From NCBI GenBank assembly GCA_973895155.1, contig OZ316896.1, positions 22,773,722 to 22,837,721 of the forward strand: DNA of 64,000 bases, given 5' to 3'. The stretch comes from Marsupella aquatica. Taxonomy: Eukaryota; Plantae; Marchantiophyta. The notes under the pieces are model-generated. The model ran no database searches. It worked only from the letters and a program-made list of their open reading frames with translations, and was not told the DNA's origin. Both the position numbers and the translations under genes were made by a program. This document shows positions 61,591 to 64,000 of this stretch, one piece after another. The first letter of the stretch is position 1; every line of letters begins with the position of its first letter.

Positions 61591-62642
61591 AGGCACTTTA
61601 AACTTTTGTCAGTTGGGTTTGGTGATGGCCACCCTTCAAAATACACTGTCTTGCATGTGCACTCAAGAAACTCGATCAGGAAATTGTGGTCGGAAAAGCT
61701 ACCAGTAAAAAATGAAAGATACAATGTCAAATGCAAAGTTTGCATCTCTGATTCTATCAGATTTTTTGCTACGAAGGTTGCACAAAGAAAATAGGAAAGG
61801 TACAGTAGTCAAGATCCATGACTATGTGGACTGAAGAGAAGGCAAGCCTATTTGTAAAGAGCTCTGAGTGGTCTAGATAGTAATTTGTGGAGAGCTCTGA
61901 GCAGTCCAATTTCTGTTGTGAAGACGCAAAAGTTGAACACAAGTCATTATAAAAGAACTTCTTGTGACTCACAAGTCCTTTTGAGCTGTCTTTCTTCCTT
62001 TCTTCCAAAAGCTCCATATAACTAGCTCTATCATTCTAGGGCTTCACTATTTTAACTTATTGAAAAATATATAAAAACTCAGTTATACTATCGTTTCTAA
62101 ATTTATTAAAATTCAAATTTTGCATACTATAATGTAAATATAAAGTAACTATAAAACTTGTAATGATGAAGAGCATGGGAATTGAATAGTATCAAAAAAA
62201 TGTCAAACTCTGTGCCCAGGACGAGGAGGTGCGGACCCAGAGGAGGTTGTGTGTCATGGAAATGTCGAATGTTTTTTATTTTAAATCTATTTAAGGTATG
62301 TGATTCATACAATAGATCTATGTGACACGGTGGTAGAGGAGTGCAGTTTGAACCTTGAGGTCATGAGTTGAAATCAAGCACGTAATAGTTTTTCTTTTCC
62401 TTTCAATTAACGGCAGAGAAAAGGTGGCACAGAAAAGGGGTTCAATCAATTTTTACATTGAAATGATAGATGGAATATTTATGGGGGGTTCAAGTAATTC
62501 CCAGATAGAAAAAACAGAAAGGAAGCCAGCCATAGGAGACCCAAATTAAAATTAAAATAATCACCAAAACAAATTGGAGTTGGGAGACTGAAACATTGAT
62601 GTACCATAAGGGGAAGTCGGAAAAAAGCCAGTCCTTTCTGTC

Positions 62643-63495
62643 AGATTACTTCCCAATGCATATGACCAACTGTACACTAGTAATGATTACTCACACTTTT
62701 CGATGAACTACTCCAATAATGCAGGTGATCAATAGTACACAAATGACTCATAGGCATGTTGGGCTTCCATTAAGTTGGCAGAAGGTTGTCCTTTTTAGTT
62801 AGAATAGATTACTTCCCAATGCATATGACCAACTGTACACTAATGATTACTCACACTTTTTGGTAAACTACTCCTCAATACTGCAGATGATCAACAATCT
62901 TGACTCAGAATGCATGGGAGACTCAAATGACTCAGAATGCATGAGAGATGCACTTCTTTGTCTCACATCTATTCATGTTCAAAGAACTACTCTAGTATTG
63001 GGGCTCACATCTATTCATGTTCAAAGAACTACTCTAGTATTGGGGCTAGTACATATAGATATGTTTTGGGGCTAGTATATATAGACGAGGGCATTGCACG
63101 GTGCAAGGAGGGCGGGCCCATAGGGAGTAGGGGCATTTATGGGGCAATGTGGGGAAGCACATATGTGCCAAGGGATCGCATGTTTTTTGGTCCTTCATCC
63201 CAAATGAATACAAAAACGTTCCTGGGCGGGAAGATCCACAGCAGTTGGATATGTTCAAAGAACAGGGTATTGGGGCTATTGGACTAGTATATATCCATGA
63301 ACAAAAAGTACACACTTAATTACTCACACTTTTTAGTAAACTCTCTCCTTAATGAAGATGAGCAACAGAACACGAATGATTCCTCACAGGGAGGAGCTTT
63401 AGAGGAGTTATCATTGAGTTTCCAATGTCTCAATATCTGTGCTTACACCTCACGAGTGTGATGAATGCACTCAATATCTGTGCTTACACCTCACA
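62643..63495. repeat. Cluster of short local duplications
   Basis: agattacttcccaatgcatatgaccaactgtacact x2; tcacatctattcatgttcaaagaactactctagtattggggc x2; ctcaatatctgtgcttacacctcac x2. Confidence 0.7.
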
Positions 63496-64000
63496 ATTAT
63501 CATGCATGGCCTCTCCTTTCATACCCCTGTCGGTGGGTTCTAGATTTTGGTTGCGCTCGCAGGTTCTCACTAAAGAATTCCTTGGGAAAATCACGAGGAC
63601 CGTCTGTAGCAATTATGTCATGAGTTCCAGCTTTTCTAAAATTGGTTCATTGGTAGAGATTGGATCATGGAGGATAACGACAGTGTGAATTCACGTAAAC
63701 TTTCTGAAACACAGGTCAATGCAAAAGTCCATTTTCATTCACACGGCAGAAATCGGCTGCAGATTCATTGATTGGGCAGAGACGAGCCGATGATATTTCA
63801 ATGTATTCGCAAAGGTAACATGCTCCATCGCTGGAGCATACTTCAGCCAAAACTAGGCATCACTGTTAATGGCTTTGAGAGAGTCTGAATCATCTTTGCG
63901 GAGTATCTTCCTTTCCATTTCCGGAAAAAGCTCCCAAATGCTACCATTGATTGGGCAGAGACGAGCCGATGCTACGTCAATGTATTTGCAAAGGTAACGT

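Noticed and set aside
62320-62380. tRNA-like A/B box pattern
   Set aside because: No cloverleaf could be built; at most a degenerate SINE head.

Overview
Nuclear DNA from a land plant, probably a bryophyte-grade plant that retains organellar C-to-U editing (inferred from the PLS-DYW PPR style). Host genes: a 5'-truncated PLS-DYW PPR editing factor, TFIIH p44 (GTF2H2), a single-exon nepenthesin-like aspartic protease, TIM14/PAM18, a DOMON-like heme-binding membrane protein, a TBL O-acetyltransferase, and three CYP71-clan P450 paralogs (one with a nonsense codon). An alpha/beta-hydrolase gene fragment lies between two of the P450s. The most unusual signals are mobile elements. (1) A full-length Ty1/copia element (344-bp LTRs, CAAAC TSD) has its Gag zinc knuckle split by a 3600-bp TG...CA insertion with a 5-bp TSD. 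The insertion has no LTR pair and no gag/pol, yet carries an intact 584-codon ORF and a divergent small ORF. (2) A tRNA-derived SINE is interrupted by a 1463-bp element with non-canonical AGT...ACT ends and by an 8-bp-TSD MITE; a second SINE copy at about 50 kb shows the empty sites. All coordinates were read by eye and no database searches were run.
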